A stretch of DNA of 64,000 nt. It comes from an uncultured virus (IMG/VR IMGVR_UViG_3300034375_008609). Its lineage: Duplodnaviria > Heunggongvirae > Uroviricota > Caudoviricetes. The translations under genes and the position numbers were made by a program. Below are positions 9,126 to 18,390 of the stretch, one piece after another. The DNA is taken from IMG/VR virus record IMGVR_UViG_3300034375_008609; one strand, written 5' to 3'. A model generated the notes under the pieces. It saw only the letters and a program-made list of their open reading frames with translations, made no database searches and was not told where the DNA came from. Numbering within the stretch: position 1 is the stretch's first letter; each line of letters starts with the position of its first letter.

Positions 9126-9913
9126 TTGCGCATACCTGAAAATGTTGTGGTTTTTAATTTTTCGTTGTCATTCTTGATGCTGTCAATAAGATCAAATTCA
9201 AGTCCGTTTTGTTTTAGAGTGTGCGCCAGTGCTGCTACATCTTTGGGCAAGCACATTCCTCCGTAGCCACGCAATCTATTGTTTACATCCAAGTATATGT
9301 TTTTGGTTTTGCCTGTTTGAACATACGCATCTTTGACTTGTGAATAATCACAATCAAACTTTTCACACAATTCGTAAAACACATTGGCAAACACAATACG
9401 CAATGCCGCATAAGAGTTGTTGAAGTATTTTAATATTTCAGCTTCTGTTGGTGCTAGTTGTTTAACTGCTTTGGGTAGGTGTCCGTGTGCTTCTACAATT
9501 TTTTTATACACATACGGATCATCTGTTCCAATTGCTAATAATTCGTGATTGTTGATAAAGTCATCTGCTGCTGCTCTTTCACGCAAAAACTCTGGAGCAC
9601 AACAGATTGTTAGTGACGGATATTCATCAATCATGCGTTCTGTAAACCCTGGCTCAACTGTGCTGCGAATACACACAACACCACCATAGTTGATTTGTAT
9701 CAGATCTTGTAGCACACTTTCAATTACCGTAGTATCACAAGCACCGTTTGCCTCTGGAGTAGGCAAGCACAAGAACACCACTTCTGTATCTGCTAGGTCT
9801 TTTATCTCAGTATCAAACTTGATGTCGTGTTCAACAACATCATGCTCTAACAATCTAAAGCCTGTTGCGTTTGCGTTTCCTACAACGCCCATTCCAATAA
9901 TACCTAGTTTCAT
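9122..9913 (-). CDS. UDP-glucose/GDP-mannose dehydrogenase family protein (short form)
   Basis: GMGVVG Rossmann motif, CLPTP, RSTV.PG, PEFLRE, KYFNN, GYGGMCLPKD catalytic Cys; lacks the C-terminal domain. Confidence 0.9.
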   Translation of the reverse strand: MKLGIIGMGVVGNANATGFRLLEHDVVEHDIKFDTEIKDLADTEVVFLCLPTPEANGACDTTVIESVLQDLIQINYGGVVCIRSTVEPGFTERMIDEYPSLTICCAPEFLRERAAADDFINNHELLAIGTDDPYVYKKIVEAHGHLPKAVKQLAPTEAEILKYFNNSYAALRIVFANVFYELCEKFDCDYSQVKDAYVQTGKTKNIYLDVNNRLRGYGGMCLPKDVAALAHTLKQNGLEFDLIDSIKNDNEKLKTTTFSGMRK

Positions 9914-10773
9914 AATAAACTTTCCACTGTCTTTTTAAGCCCTACTTCCAAAGGCGTATAATCTGTAAATCCTGTAAGTGTTTGCACTAGTGTTGTGTCA
10001 GGACATCTACGAGTAGCACTGCCTTTTGGTCCAGGCAATATTTCTAACCTGTCTGGATTAATGCCTATATAACCCATTATCATTTTTGCAACTACCGAAA
10101 TACTGATTTCGTTGTCGTTGCCTACATTCACAGTTTGATTACTTCCTGTTTTAATTAACACGTCTGTCATACGCACAGCATCATCTACATAACAAAAACT
10201 TCTTGTGTCATTGCCGTTGATGTAATACTCGCCTTGCTTACAGCGTTCTACAAATTCATTTACAAAGTGATCAATCTGTCCTGGTCCATACACGTTAAAG
10301 TAGCGTATGATGAGATATTCTAAACCACTGTTTGCTACCAAATTTTCACCTAGAGCTTTCGGAATGCTATAACTCCAACGTGGGTTTGTAATGTCATTAT
10401 ACATCACAGGCACTGATTCGTCTGTGGGCACATGATAGTATCCGTTGTCAATTGTGCTGTTGAATATTTCACAAGTGCTGGCAAATATGAACTTAGTTTT
10501 TGTGCTGTGATAGCGTTTTATTAAGTTTATAGTTGGCAGTGTGTTGTTGATACAAACATCTGTTGGATGTTGATAGAATAATTTAGTGCCGTTGGTTGCT
10601 GCTAGATGAACAACTACATCAGTGTCAGGCAATTGGTTAGCCACGTCAGAACATTTTAAATCACTTTCAAAACCATCTTTTTGATCGTAACCAATTACAT
10701 CATATGTATCCTTTACATAGTTGTAATAATGACTGCCTATGAATCCTTTATGTCCGGTGACTAATATTTTCAT
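9910..10773 (-). CDS. NAD-dependent nucleotide-sugar epimerase/dehydratase
   Basis: TGHKGFIG, HLAA, YSIPK (YxxxK), RYFNVYGP, RSFCYVDD. Confidence 0.9.
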   Translation of the reverse strand: MKILVTGHKGFIGSHYYNYVKDTYDVIGYDQKDGFESDLKCSDVANQLPDTDVVVHLAATNGTKLFYQHPTDVCINNTLPTINLIKRYHSTKTKFIFASTCEIFNSTIDNGYYHVPTDESVPVMYNDITNPRWSYSIPKALGENLVANSGLEYLIIRYFNVYGPGQIDHFVNEFVERCKQGEYYINGNDTRSFCYVDDAVRMTDVLIKTGSNQTVNVGNDNEISISVVAKMIMGYIGINPDRLEILPGPKGSATRRCPDTTLVQTLTGFTDYTPLEVGLKKTVESLL

Positions 10774-11456
10774 ACCCAATTTGCCTCTTCTAATGTTTGA
10801 CTAATAGTATAATGATCTTTTGCATTTTTGAATGTATGGTGGATGTCAATATTTCCATTCATATGCTGTATCATATAATTAGCAAATTCTCTGTTTTGAG
10901 TATCACTCATATGGCAACATCTAAAGTCATTGTGTTCTGATAATTTTAGATGATTCCAATCAAGTCTACTAATGTTTATCATTCCTACATCACTACGATT
11001 AGGAAAAGGAAATGCATATACTATATGCGCATCAGGCCGACGATATAATATACTATCTATATAAGCGTTATGATATACAATATTACTATCATAATTTTTT
11101 ATTTTGTTAATTTCGTTTTCTATAAAAGGCCAGATTTTTTTATTGTATTTTTTAAAACTTTTTAATTCTGTTCTGTCCATTTTATCTATATTTGAAAATT
11201 TTATATCTTCTATATCTGCATCTTGGTAAAAAGCTATATGCACAGATTTATTATTTTCTAAAGTAAAAATACTGCCTCTGTGAAAACTACTAACAATAAA
11301 AATAATTTTGTCAAACTGTTTGTGTGTTTCTAAAAATTTATAATAGGAATAATCAATACTACTGCCGCCTTTATTAAAACAACGAAAATCACTGTTTATA
11401 TAATCAACCCACGAATCACCTGGCTCTGCATAACTATCTCCGTATATTCCTATCAT
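10770..11456 (-). CDS. Hypothetical protein, SGNH/GDSL-like
   Basis: N-terminal IYGDSY, GGSS block and C-terminal D...H; very AT-rich. Confidence 0.5.
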   Translation of the reverse strand: MIGIYGDSYAEPGDSWVDYINSDFRCFNKGGSSIDYSYYKFLETHKQFDKIIFIVSSFHRGSIFTLENNKSVHIAFYQDADIEDIKFSNIDKMDRTELKSFKKYNKKIWPFIENEINKIKNYDSNIVYHNAYIDSILYRRPDAHIVYAFPFPNRSDVGMINISRLDWNHLKLSEHNDFRCCHMSDTQNREFANYMIQHMNGNIDIHHTFKNAKDHYTISQTLEEANWV

Positions 11457-12229
11457 TCAATTAACCTTTCAAAATACCCTGACACTAAATTTTTTTTAGT
11501 TGGACCTTTTTCGTGTGTTAAAAATTCATTCATTGGACAATGATTTAAAGGAGTATGTGTGTCTACATCATACATTGTAAATGATAAATCATTTACATTT
11601 TTAAATTTTTTTGCTGCATACATGCATACTTGTCCGTCATACCATCTTTCAATTTCTTTTGGTTTTTGTTCATATGATACCTTATATTGTTTAACAAACT
11701 CTTTGTAATCTACATGATTCTGGTTTACTACAACAAACCCAGATTCTGCACTTATACCTAAATTTAAATAATCGTGACTAAACAATCCTATTAGATGTTT
11801 TTTTGAACAAGCATAATTTAAAAAACTAGTATCAATTTTTTGTTTAAAAAATATATCAGCATCTACCCAGATAATATAATCGCCTTTTATATTTTCTAAT
11901 GCATGTAAAAAAGCAAAACCTTTTTTTGCAAATTTGACTTCTTTTTTATTTTCTGTTTTGTTGCAAAAATCTTTCCAATTTTTTAAGCATACATGATTCC
12001 AGTCATATACTTTTAGTTTGTCTGTTTTTGTAAACTTTGAGTTTATTTTTTCAGCATATAAATGTAACACAAAATTGTCAGGTGTATTTTTTAAAAAACT
12101 GTCAATCATAAAACAACCAAACCTATCAAAATAGTATTGGTCCATAGTAGACACAAATTCACATTTGAGTCTTGGATTATTACCTTTTAGTTCAATTGGT
12201 AAACTTCGTTTTTTAAATTTCTGAACCAA
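11453..12229 (-). CDS. GT-A glycosyltransferase
   Basis: FAKKGFA, IIWVDAD (DxD), ESGF, WYDG, HEKG; paralog of 16655..17479. Confidence 0.75.
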   Translation of the reverse strand: MVQKFKKRSLPIELKGNNPRLKCEFVSTMDQYYFDRFGCFMIDSFLKNTPDNFVLHLYAEKINSKFTKTDKLKVYDWNHVCLKNWKDFCNKTENKKEVKFAKKGFAFLHALENIKGDYIIWVDADIFFKQKIDTSFLNYACSKKHLIGLFSHDYLNLGISAESGFVVVNQNHVDYKEFVKQYKVSYEQKPKEIERWYDGQVCMYAAKKFKNVNDLSFTMYDVDTHTPLNHCPMNEFLTHEKGPTKKNLVSGYFERLIE

Positions 12230-12557
12230 CTGTTCGTCTCACAATATCATTGTGATTAAATTCTGCCCAGTATAATTCAAAAGCTACACCGTCTTCTAGT
12301 CCTTCAAACTGATGAATAACACCCGGCTTTACCTGTGTAAAATCGCCTGGACCTAAAATAGTTTCATCAATTAAATTATAATCTTTTTGCCATACACGAA
12401 CAAGCATTTTGCCGGACTCTACAAAAAATCCATTCCATTTAAATCTATGTTCATGCTCACTACACTTGTAGCCGCCTTTGAACTCAATTCGGTGAAACTC
12501 TAACACACCGTTGGCGTGAATAAGTTCAGTTTGTCCCCAAACTTTACCTGCAATCAT
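12213..12557 (-). CDS. Cupin-domain protein (sugar isomerase-like)
   Basis: KVWG, CSEHEHRFKWNGF, PGVIHQF; start ATG at 12557 after AAGGAG. Confidence 0.75.
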   Translation of the reverse strand: MIAGKVWGQTELIHANGVLEFHRIEFKGGYKCSEHEHRFKWNGFFVESGKMLVRVWQKDYNLIDETILGPGDFTQVKPGVIHQFEGLEDGVAFELYWAEFNHNDIVRRTVGSEI

Positions 12558-12567
12558 TTTACTCTCC

Positions 12568-13074
12568 TTATAATAGTAGACCAAAGTCTATAATTTCACT
12601 TTGCCTATTGATATCTTTTACAAAATACACACAGTCTGGATTCTTACTATCTGTAATTGGAACACATAACAAATGTCCATTACGCATCTTAGGAAAATAC
12701 CATTTTACGTCATTGTAAAAGTTTGTTATTTCAATTTTAGCAAATCTTGGATGTGTTCCAGTTAAAGGATTAAATAAAAATGCTTCAAATCCTCTTTCGT
12801 TTAAACTAGTTAAAGGCAAAACTTCTAAGTCACTACCTGATTCGCTACAACCTACAGCAACACACCAATCTAATGGCATTGTGATTTCATTTCCTGCTAT
12901 ATTCAAAACTACAGCAGGTGCATTAAATGATTCTAAAAAAATCAAAGGATTAAAAAAGAAATCAGGATCTTCAGGATTACTATTATCCAATACCGAAAAT
13001 CTTAAATCATCTTCAATCACTTCTGGTAATGAATTTAATGAAAAACTATGGTTTTCAAGTGTTAATATTCTCAT
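12568..13074 (-). CDS. Hypothetical protein downstream of uvsW
   Basis: 168-aa ORF abutting the uvsW stop. Confidence 0.65.
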   Translation of the reverse strand: MRILTLENHSFSLNSLPEVIEDDLRFSVLDNSNPEDPDFFFNPLIFLESFNAPAVVLNIAGNEITMPLDWCVAVGCSESGSDLEVLPLTSLNERGFEAFLFNPLTGTHPRFAKIEITNFYNDVKWYFPKMRNGHLLCVPITDSKNPDCVYFVKDINRQSEIIDFGLLL

Positions 13075-14538
13075 TTATTTCCAATCCACTTTCTCAATTG
13101 TGAATGGGTATTCTGCTTCCTTATAAAACTTTTTACGTTGGGTAAGGTGCCGCTTCGCAAACTTACAAGTGCTTGTAAGATCCCATATTTGCACGAAGTC
13201 TTTGTCCTTTGCCTTTCTAACGCCTCTACCTATACTTTGAATAACTCTAACAAAACTTTTTCCGGGCTCAATAAGAACAAGGTTAAAAATGCGAGGAATA
13301 TTAATACCAACAGCAGCGACACCATAAGTGGCAATAACCACGTGATTAGTTCCTTCGTTGATTTCGTCATACGCATCTTTTCTATCCTTTAGTTTTACGT
13401 CTCCTTTTACAAAGACTGATCCTGGAATAAGTTCTTGTAGCATTTCGCCTGCACTAATTCTATCTACAAGTATTAGAGTGTTGCCTGATTCTTTTACTGT
13501 GTTTAATAATTTGCCTAAGTAATTTATTCTGTCTTGATTTGTAACTAGATATTTTAATTCTTCTTGATAGCCTCTATGTGCCACTGTATCAATAAGTTGC
13601 ACAATGTTTACGTGACACTGTGATAGCACACCTTTGTCTTGTAATTCTTTTGCTGTAATCTCACCAATAACTGGACCTAAACTTGCATGTATTGATTCAA
13701 ACTCAAACTTCTCTTTAGGAATAGTTCCTGTTAGTCCCCAACGTATTGGAGCATTTTTTAAGTTGCGTGTAAGCAAGTTTTTCAACACTTCTGCTTTTGC
13801 TTGGTGAACTTCGTCTACAATAATTGTGCTCACACCATCTAAGAACTCTGCTAGTGATAATACTGCTGATCCGTCCTTGTGCTTCTTGTCCAGTATGTTT
13901 AATGACTGCCAAGTGCAGATGGTGTGAGTCTTACCTAACTCTTTTCTGTCTCCAAAATAAACGCCAACATCAAGTCCGCAATTTATATAGTCTTCTTCTG
14001 TTTGTGTTACAAGTGACTTGTTAGGCACAATAACTAAACTGCGTCCATACTTTTCACTCATATGTGATAGTGTAGCAGTTGTAATAGTTTTACCTGCGCC
14101 AGTTGCAATCTGTTGCAAGCTCTGGGGATTGTTTGCAAAGTTGTTGATTGCTTCTACTTGATAGTCACGCAGAATGATTTCTTCACCTTCTGCAGGATGC
14201 CCTTTGGGCCAACGCACACCTTGATCAGCCCAGTAACGTTCTGTAACTTGTGGAAAATTTAATTTTATTGGATGTCGTCGGTCTTCAATGTCAACAATTT
14301 GGACATGATTTTTTTCCAATACAGAAGTAATAACATCAAGATGATTAACGTAGCCTGTGCCGCCAATACCAAAGAAAGCAACTTTACCGTCCCATCGTCC
14401 CAATTTATACTGGGGCATGTATCGAGCATAAGGCACTTCAAATTTAAGAGCATTGGAGAGCTTTCGTCTGACATCTACGTCTAGTCCTTCTAGTTTAATA
14501 TTAACTTCGTCTTCTATAATTAATTTGCAACTAGCCAC
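13075..14538 (-). CDS. uvsW: SF2 DNA helicase UvsW
   Basis: LRDYQ, ATGAGKT, DEVH, GLTGT, QSIGRGVR; GTG start after GGAG. Confidence 0.92.
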   Translation of the reverse strand: MASCKLIIEDEVNIKLEGLDVDVRRKLSNALKFEVPYARYMPQYKLGRWDGKVAFFGIGGTGYVNHLDVITSVLEKNHVQIVDIEDRRHPIKLNFPQVTERYWADQGVRWPKGHPAEGEEIILRDYQVEAINNFANNPQSLQQIATGAGKTITTATLSHMSEKYGRSLVIVPNKSLVTQTEEDYINCGLDVGVYFGDRKELGKTHTICTWQSLNILDKKHKDGSAVLSLAEFLDGVSTIIVDEVHQAKAEVLKNLLTRNLKNAPIRWGLTGTIPKEKFEFESIHASLGPVIGEITAKELQDKGVLSQCHVNIVQLIDTVAHRGYQEELKYLVTNQDRINYLGKLLNTVKESGNTLILVDRISAGEMLQELIPGSVFVKGDVKLKDRKDAYDEINEGTNHVVIATYGVAAVGINIPRIFNLVLIEPGKSFVRVIQSIGRGVRKAKDKDFVQIWDLTSTCKFAKRHLTQRKKFYKEAEYPFTIEKVDWK

Positions 14539-15746
14539 TAGCTAAATACTCCTGCATAAGTTGGAAAATAGCTAGGACTATCATCATGATATATATGTAA
14601 ATCACAAACATCATTAACGTATATTCCTAACTGAGTCATCATTCTTGTGCTTGATAATGACAATACACATTGTGGCTTCCAGTCTACAGTAAGTAATAGT
14701 TTTGGAAGTTTAGACTTACTTATATATACAATTTTTGTTGATTTGTCAACCCAATTGTTAAGTTTTTTCTTGTGAATATATTCGTTAAAATTTTTATCTT
14801 TTTCTCTTGTGTTTTCTTTTCTATATAATACTGATTGATTTTTGTTTTCTACTATATTTCTAAATGCAGTATGTAATGTAACCAGTTGATCATATTCTTC
14901 TTCTTTGTCTAATAAACAAAGAATAGGAAATCTTTCTAACACCAGTAAACTTTCTACAATACTGTCAATTGTGTGGTTTTTAGGATCTATACAAATTGCT
15001 GTCTTACTACGATGCGCAATATAGTTAGCAAGTGTTGCATCTTTATCGCATGTTATATAATTTAATCCATACTGTCTTTTTCTGTCTAACAGATGTAATC
15101 TTTCTTTTTTGTCAATAAAGTTTATACCTTTTTTTGGAATATTTTTTAGTTGATTATTCCATAGTCCTGCAATGTGTTTGCCAGGTTCTTGTTTTATTTC
15201 TAAAATTTGTTTGTAATATTCTATTAGTTTTTTATCTATTTCAAAATCTTTTTTGACAAATATTTCACACACATCAAATACTGTAGATTCATTTAATTTA
15301 AAATAGTGTTCATGTGAACCTTTTTCATGCCAATATTGTTTACGGTTTTTGGTTGCTACAGCATCAATTTTTAAAATATCTTTTTTGCTAAAAGGAAATC
15401 TAATTTTGATCCATTCTCCTTGTGAATCTGGTTTGGGAGAACCTTCAATAATTTTTACATATTTGCTACGGTCAATTTTACGTAGTGGCATACGTAAACT
15501 AGAAATTGCTGGTTGAAAATTGTTATATCCGTTACCAACAAACTGTGATTCATACATAGATAGTTTGGTTTGCATCAATGAAAATTGTCTGTCTGTTAAT
15601 GCTTTACCTTTAAAAACTTGTCGGGCAATACTGTTTATAATAGTTTTATCATCACTGTCTATATTAAATTTGCATAGAGCATGAGTCCGCACTAAGCCAG
15701 TAATTATTTCTAAACAATCTTCGATAGTTTCTAATTTTGTATTCAT
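14538..15746 (-). CDS. Hypothetical protein
   Basis: 402-aa ORF with its own sigma70-type promoter, coupled to uvsW. Confidence 0.7.
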   Translation of the reverse strand: MNTKLETIEDCLEIITGLVRTHALCKFNIDSDDKTIINSIARQVFKGKALTDRQFSLMQTKLSMYESQFVGNGYNNFQPAISSLRMPLRKIDRSKYVKIIEGSPKPDSQGEWIKIRFPFSKKDILKIDAVATKNRKQYWHEKGSHEHYFKLNESTVFDVCEIFVKKDFEIDKKLIEYYKQILEIKQEPGKHIAGLWNNQLKNIPKKGINFIDKKERLHLLDRKRQYGLNYITCDKDATLANYIAHRSKTAICIDPKNHTIDSIVESLLVLERFPILCLLDKEEEYDQLVTLHTAFRNIVENKNQSVLYRKENTREKDKNFNEYIHKKKLNNWVDKSTKIVYISKSKLPKLLLTVDWKPQCVLSLSSTRMMTQLGIYVNDVCDLHIYHDDSPSYFPTYAGVFS

Positions 15747-15751
15747 AATAT

Positions 15752-15780
15752 ACTATAACACTTTATAAACATTTAGTCAA
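15752..15780 (-). promoter_or_regulatory. sigma70-type promoter (likely leaderless)
   Basis: TTGACT-17 nt-TATAGT, 5 nt before ATG 15746. Confidence 0.7.
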
Positions 15781-16620
15781 TCTTTTCAATGGCATACCAG
15801 CAGCTATTTCATCTACTGTGTATTCTGTCCAAGCATAATCATTTAACCATTGTGTTCTATCAGGCATCAAAGGATTTTCAATATCATGTAAAAAATCTAT
15901 ATCATTGCCTACATCATAAGCAAGAGAAGAAGGACTAACAAAAGCAGGAACGCCTTGGATGATACTATGACACCCAGGATTGCTACTGTAACTAACAGTA
16001 GCAAATATATTACTAAACCCCATATCAAAATCATCATAAGTGCCTGCAATATGTCTTGGCTCCTGTCTTTCAACATAACGCAATCCACGTTCTATGTGTT
16101 CTAGCCTACAACGTGGATGTGGTCTAAACAAAATAGGACGGTCAGTATACTTGCGTATTTCGTCATATGTATTTAAGAACCAATTGCTCATGCGTGGCAT
16201 GCCTTGCCATTGTAGACTTTTATCATGCTGTCCGCATATAAGAATATATTCGCCATTTCTACGCCAAGGCTGTAATTCAAGTCCTAACGCTTTTGCTCTC
16301 GACTCATCATTTCCTCTATCACCGAAGTAGGCATCACGGTTGATTCCATTGATTCCAACCTTCCACGTTTTGCCTCTTTTGATTCCTCCGACTTCAAGGA
16401 CGATAATCGGTCTGTTATGGGAAACACAATAGGACCAAACACTTTGGTTCCTAGCCATTCTGCCATGAAAAAGAACGCTCCAAATAACATGAACATCGGC
16501 ATGCCCAAGATTATCACTGTTGCTAATACTCCAGCCATTGCGAACAATAGAATCGCCAAAAGCCCGAAAAATATCTTTGGAATTAAGTGCACCGTATTCT
16601 GTCCATAATCTAAATTTCAT
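15763..16620 (-). CDS. KpsC/KpsS-like (capsule biosynthesis, GT107-like) glycosyltransferase
   Basis: ILICGQHDKS...ILFRPHP...VSYSSNPGCHSIIQGVPAF echoes the Q-x-x-D / HP / TxxSxxGxEA..G.P pattern of KpsC/KpsS. Confidence 0.55.
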   Translation of the reverse strand: MKFRLWTEYGALNSKDIFRAFGDSIVRNGWSISNSDNLGHADVHVIWSVLFHGRMARNQSVWSYCVSHNRPIIVLEVGGIKRGKTWKVGINGINRDAYFGDRGNDESRAKALGLELQPWRRNGEYILICGQHDKSLQWQGMPRMSNWFLNTYDEIRKYTDRPILFRPHPRCRLEHIERGLRYVERQEPRHIAGTYDDFDMGFSNIFATVSYSSNPGCHSIIQGVPAFVSPSSLAYDVGNDIDFLHDIENPLMPDRTQWLNDYAWTEYTVDEIAAGMPLKRLTKCL

Positions 16621-16654
16621 AGTTAAATAGTAGCATATTTATCAAGGATTGTCA

Positions 16655-17479
16655 ATGTCAATTACAGTGGTTTCAACATTTCATCAACCAGTTTATGAAT
16701 TATACGGAAAAAGATTTTTAGAAAGTTTTAGTCAAAACATTGACAAAGATATAAATCTAATCCTATACGCAGAAGATTGCGATCCTAAAATCAAAGACTC
16801 TCGTATACAAATATTAGATCAAAAACAAAGTTTGCCAAAACTAGTTGCCTTTAAAGAACGTTGGAAAAATGAACCTAAAGCAAACGGAAAATGTCCGCCT
16901 GAAATAAAAGCACGTAGACCTAAAGACTGGCACAAAGAATTTAAATGGGATGCAATACGTTTTGCAAATAAGGTATATGCTGTTTTTGATGCTGCTGAAC
17001 GTTGTAACACAAATTGGATTGTGTGGATGGATGCTGATACTTTTGTGCATAGTCCATTTCCTTACAAAGCATTTAAAAATTTGTTACCAGACAGAGCATG
17101 GTTAGCTTATATGGGCAGAGGTAAAAAATGGCCAGAGTGCGGGTTTTATGGAATAAACTTGCGTAATGAAATTGGTCTTGAATTTTTACAAGAATTCGAA
17201 CACGTATATGAACATGCTGAATATGGTATTTTCCGTATGGAAGAATGGCACGATAGTTATGTGTTTGACGAAGTTTTAAAGAAAATAAAAAGAAAACACC
17301 CAAACGGCATCATCAATAATATCAGTGGTAATCTAGTTAATGGTGAAGGTCATCCTATTATTAACAGTGAACTAGGTGCATATCTTGATCATCTTAAGGG
17401 CGATAGAAAACAAATTGGTAAAAGCAACAAGCCTAGAGATTTAATAGTAAACCGTCAAGAAAGTTATTGGACAAACTGA
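16655..17479 (+). CDS. GT-A glycosyltransferase
   Basis: RFANKVYA, VWMDAD, ECGF, EWHDSYVFD, DHLKG; SD AAGGA before ATG 16655. Confidence 0.75.
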   Translation: MSITVVSTFHQPVYELYGKRFLESFSQNIDKDINLILYAEDCDPKIKDSRIQILDQKQSLPKLVAFKERWKNEPKANGKCPPEIKARRPKDWHKEFKWDAIRFANKVYAVFDAAERCNTNWIVWMDADTFVHSPFPYKAFKNLLPDRAWLAYMGRGKKWPECGFYGINLRNEIGLEFLQEFEHVYEHAEYGIFRMEEWHDSYVFDEVLKKIKRKHPNGIINNISGNLVNGEGHPIINSELGAYLDHLKGDRKQIGKSNKPRDLIVNRQESYWTN

Positions 17480-18390
17480 CGCATATGACGCCAACAACTA
17501 CCGTCTTCTAATTCCCGTAAACTCCAATGAAACATACTAATCCGTTCTAGCCAACGTTCTCTATCAAATTCTTTAGGTGACTCTAAGTTTTCAAATCCGT
17601 GATGTGCAACTTCTGCGCATTGACTTTTACTTGGATCAGTGATAAACGCTGGATACCCTTTTATAATTGGTCCTACAATACTGCTGCTATTATGATTAAC
17701 TACGGCATAGCATTGCACTAGATCAGCTTCTAATGGAGTGCCTTGTCTGCTGATACTTACATTTGGCATTTTTGCAATTGGAGAGTTATGAGGGTGTAAA
17801 TAAACTCCAGCTTTCTTATCACCTGGATGTGCTCTTACAATAATATGTCTTGGACTGTGTTTCCTTATTTCTTTTACAACATTTTGAATCCAAGACACAA
17901 CATCATATCCTCCCATGCTCCATCCTTTATTACGCTGACAACACAATACAATATGTCTACCTCTTTTAGGATCTTCTAATCTAATTCCTAAATCATTTTG
18001 TATTTGTTGCCAACGTTTTGGATCAGGGTTAGTATCGCAATAATTTCCTGTGTTTGGAAATACGCCATCAAAGCTATATCTCAAATAACAATGTGGTTGA
18101 TTTGTTTTTGTATGATATAAAAACAAATTGCTGTCTGCTGTAATGACATGTTTGTTTTGTGTTCTGTCAATTACACTTTGACGTAATTTTAAATGTGGTG
18201 CATTTTTTCCTACTTCGTGCTGCCAGCCTTGTATAACTCCAACATCACAATCGATTAAATTATTACTTTTGTGTAAGATGCCTATATCACCAGCTGAATT
18301 TACGCCATTTACAAACTTTTCTAAAAGTAAATATTTTTCTTTGTTGTTGTTTATTGTAGGAACAACATTGTAATAACTAACGACTTTCAT
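17464..18390 (-). CDS. KpsC/KpsS-like glycosyltransferase (paralog 2)
   Basis: VLCCQR...IIVRAHP...VNHNSSSIVGPIIKGYPAF; ends DRERWL...W...E...G like its paralogs. Confidence 0.55.
   Translation of the reverse strand: MKVVSYYNVVPTINNNKEKYLLLEKFVNGVNSAGDIGILHKSNNLIDCDVGVIQGWQHEVGKNAPHLKLRQSVIDRTQNKHVITADSNLFLYHTKTNQPHCYLRYSFDGVFPNTGNYCDTNPDPKRWQQIQNDLGIRLEDPKRGRHIVLCCQRNKGWSMGGYDVVSWIQNVVKEIRKHSPRHIIVRAHPGDKKAGVYLHPHNSPIAKMPNVSISRQGTPLEADLVQCYAVVNHNSSSIVGPIIKGYPAFITDPSKSQCAEVAHHGFENLESPKEFDRERWLERISMFHWSLRELEDGSCWRHMRQFVQ

Noticed and set aside
9122..9913. Truncated dehydrogenase as a pseudogene
   Set aside because: Catalytic motifs are intact and the stop is ATGA-coupled to the next gene, consistent with a natural short form.
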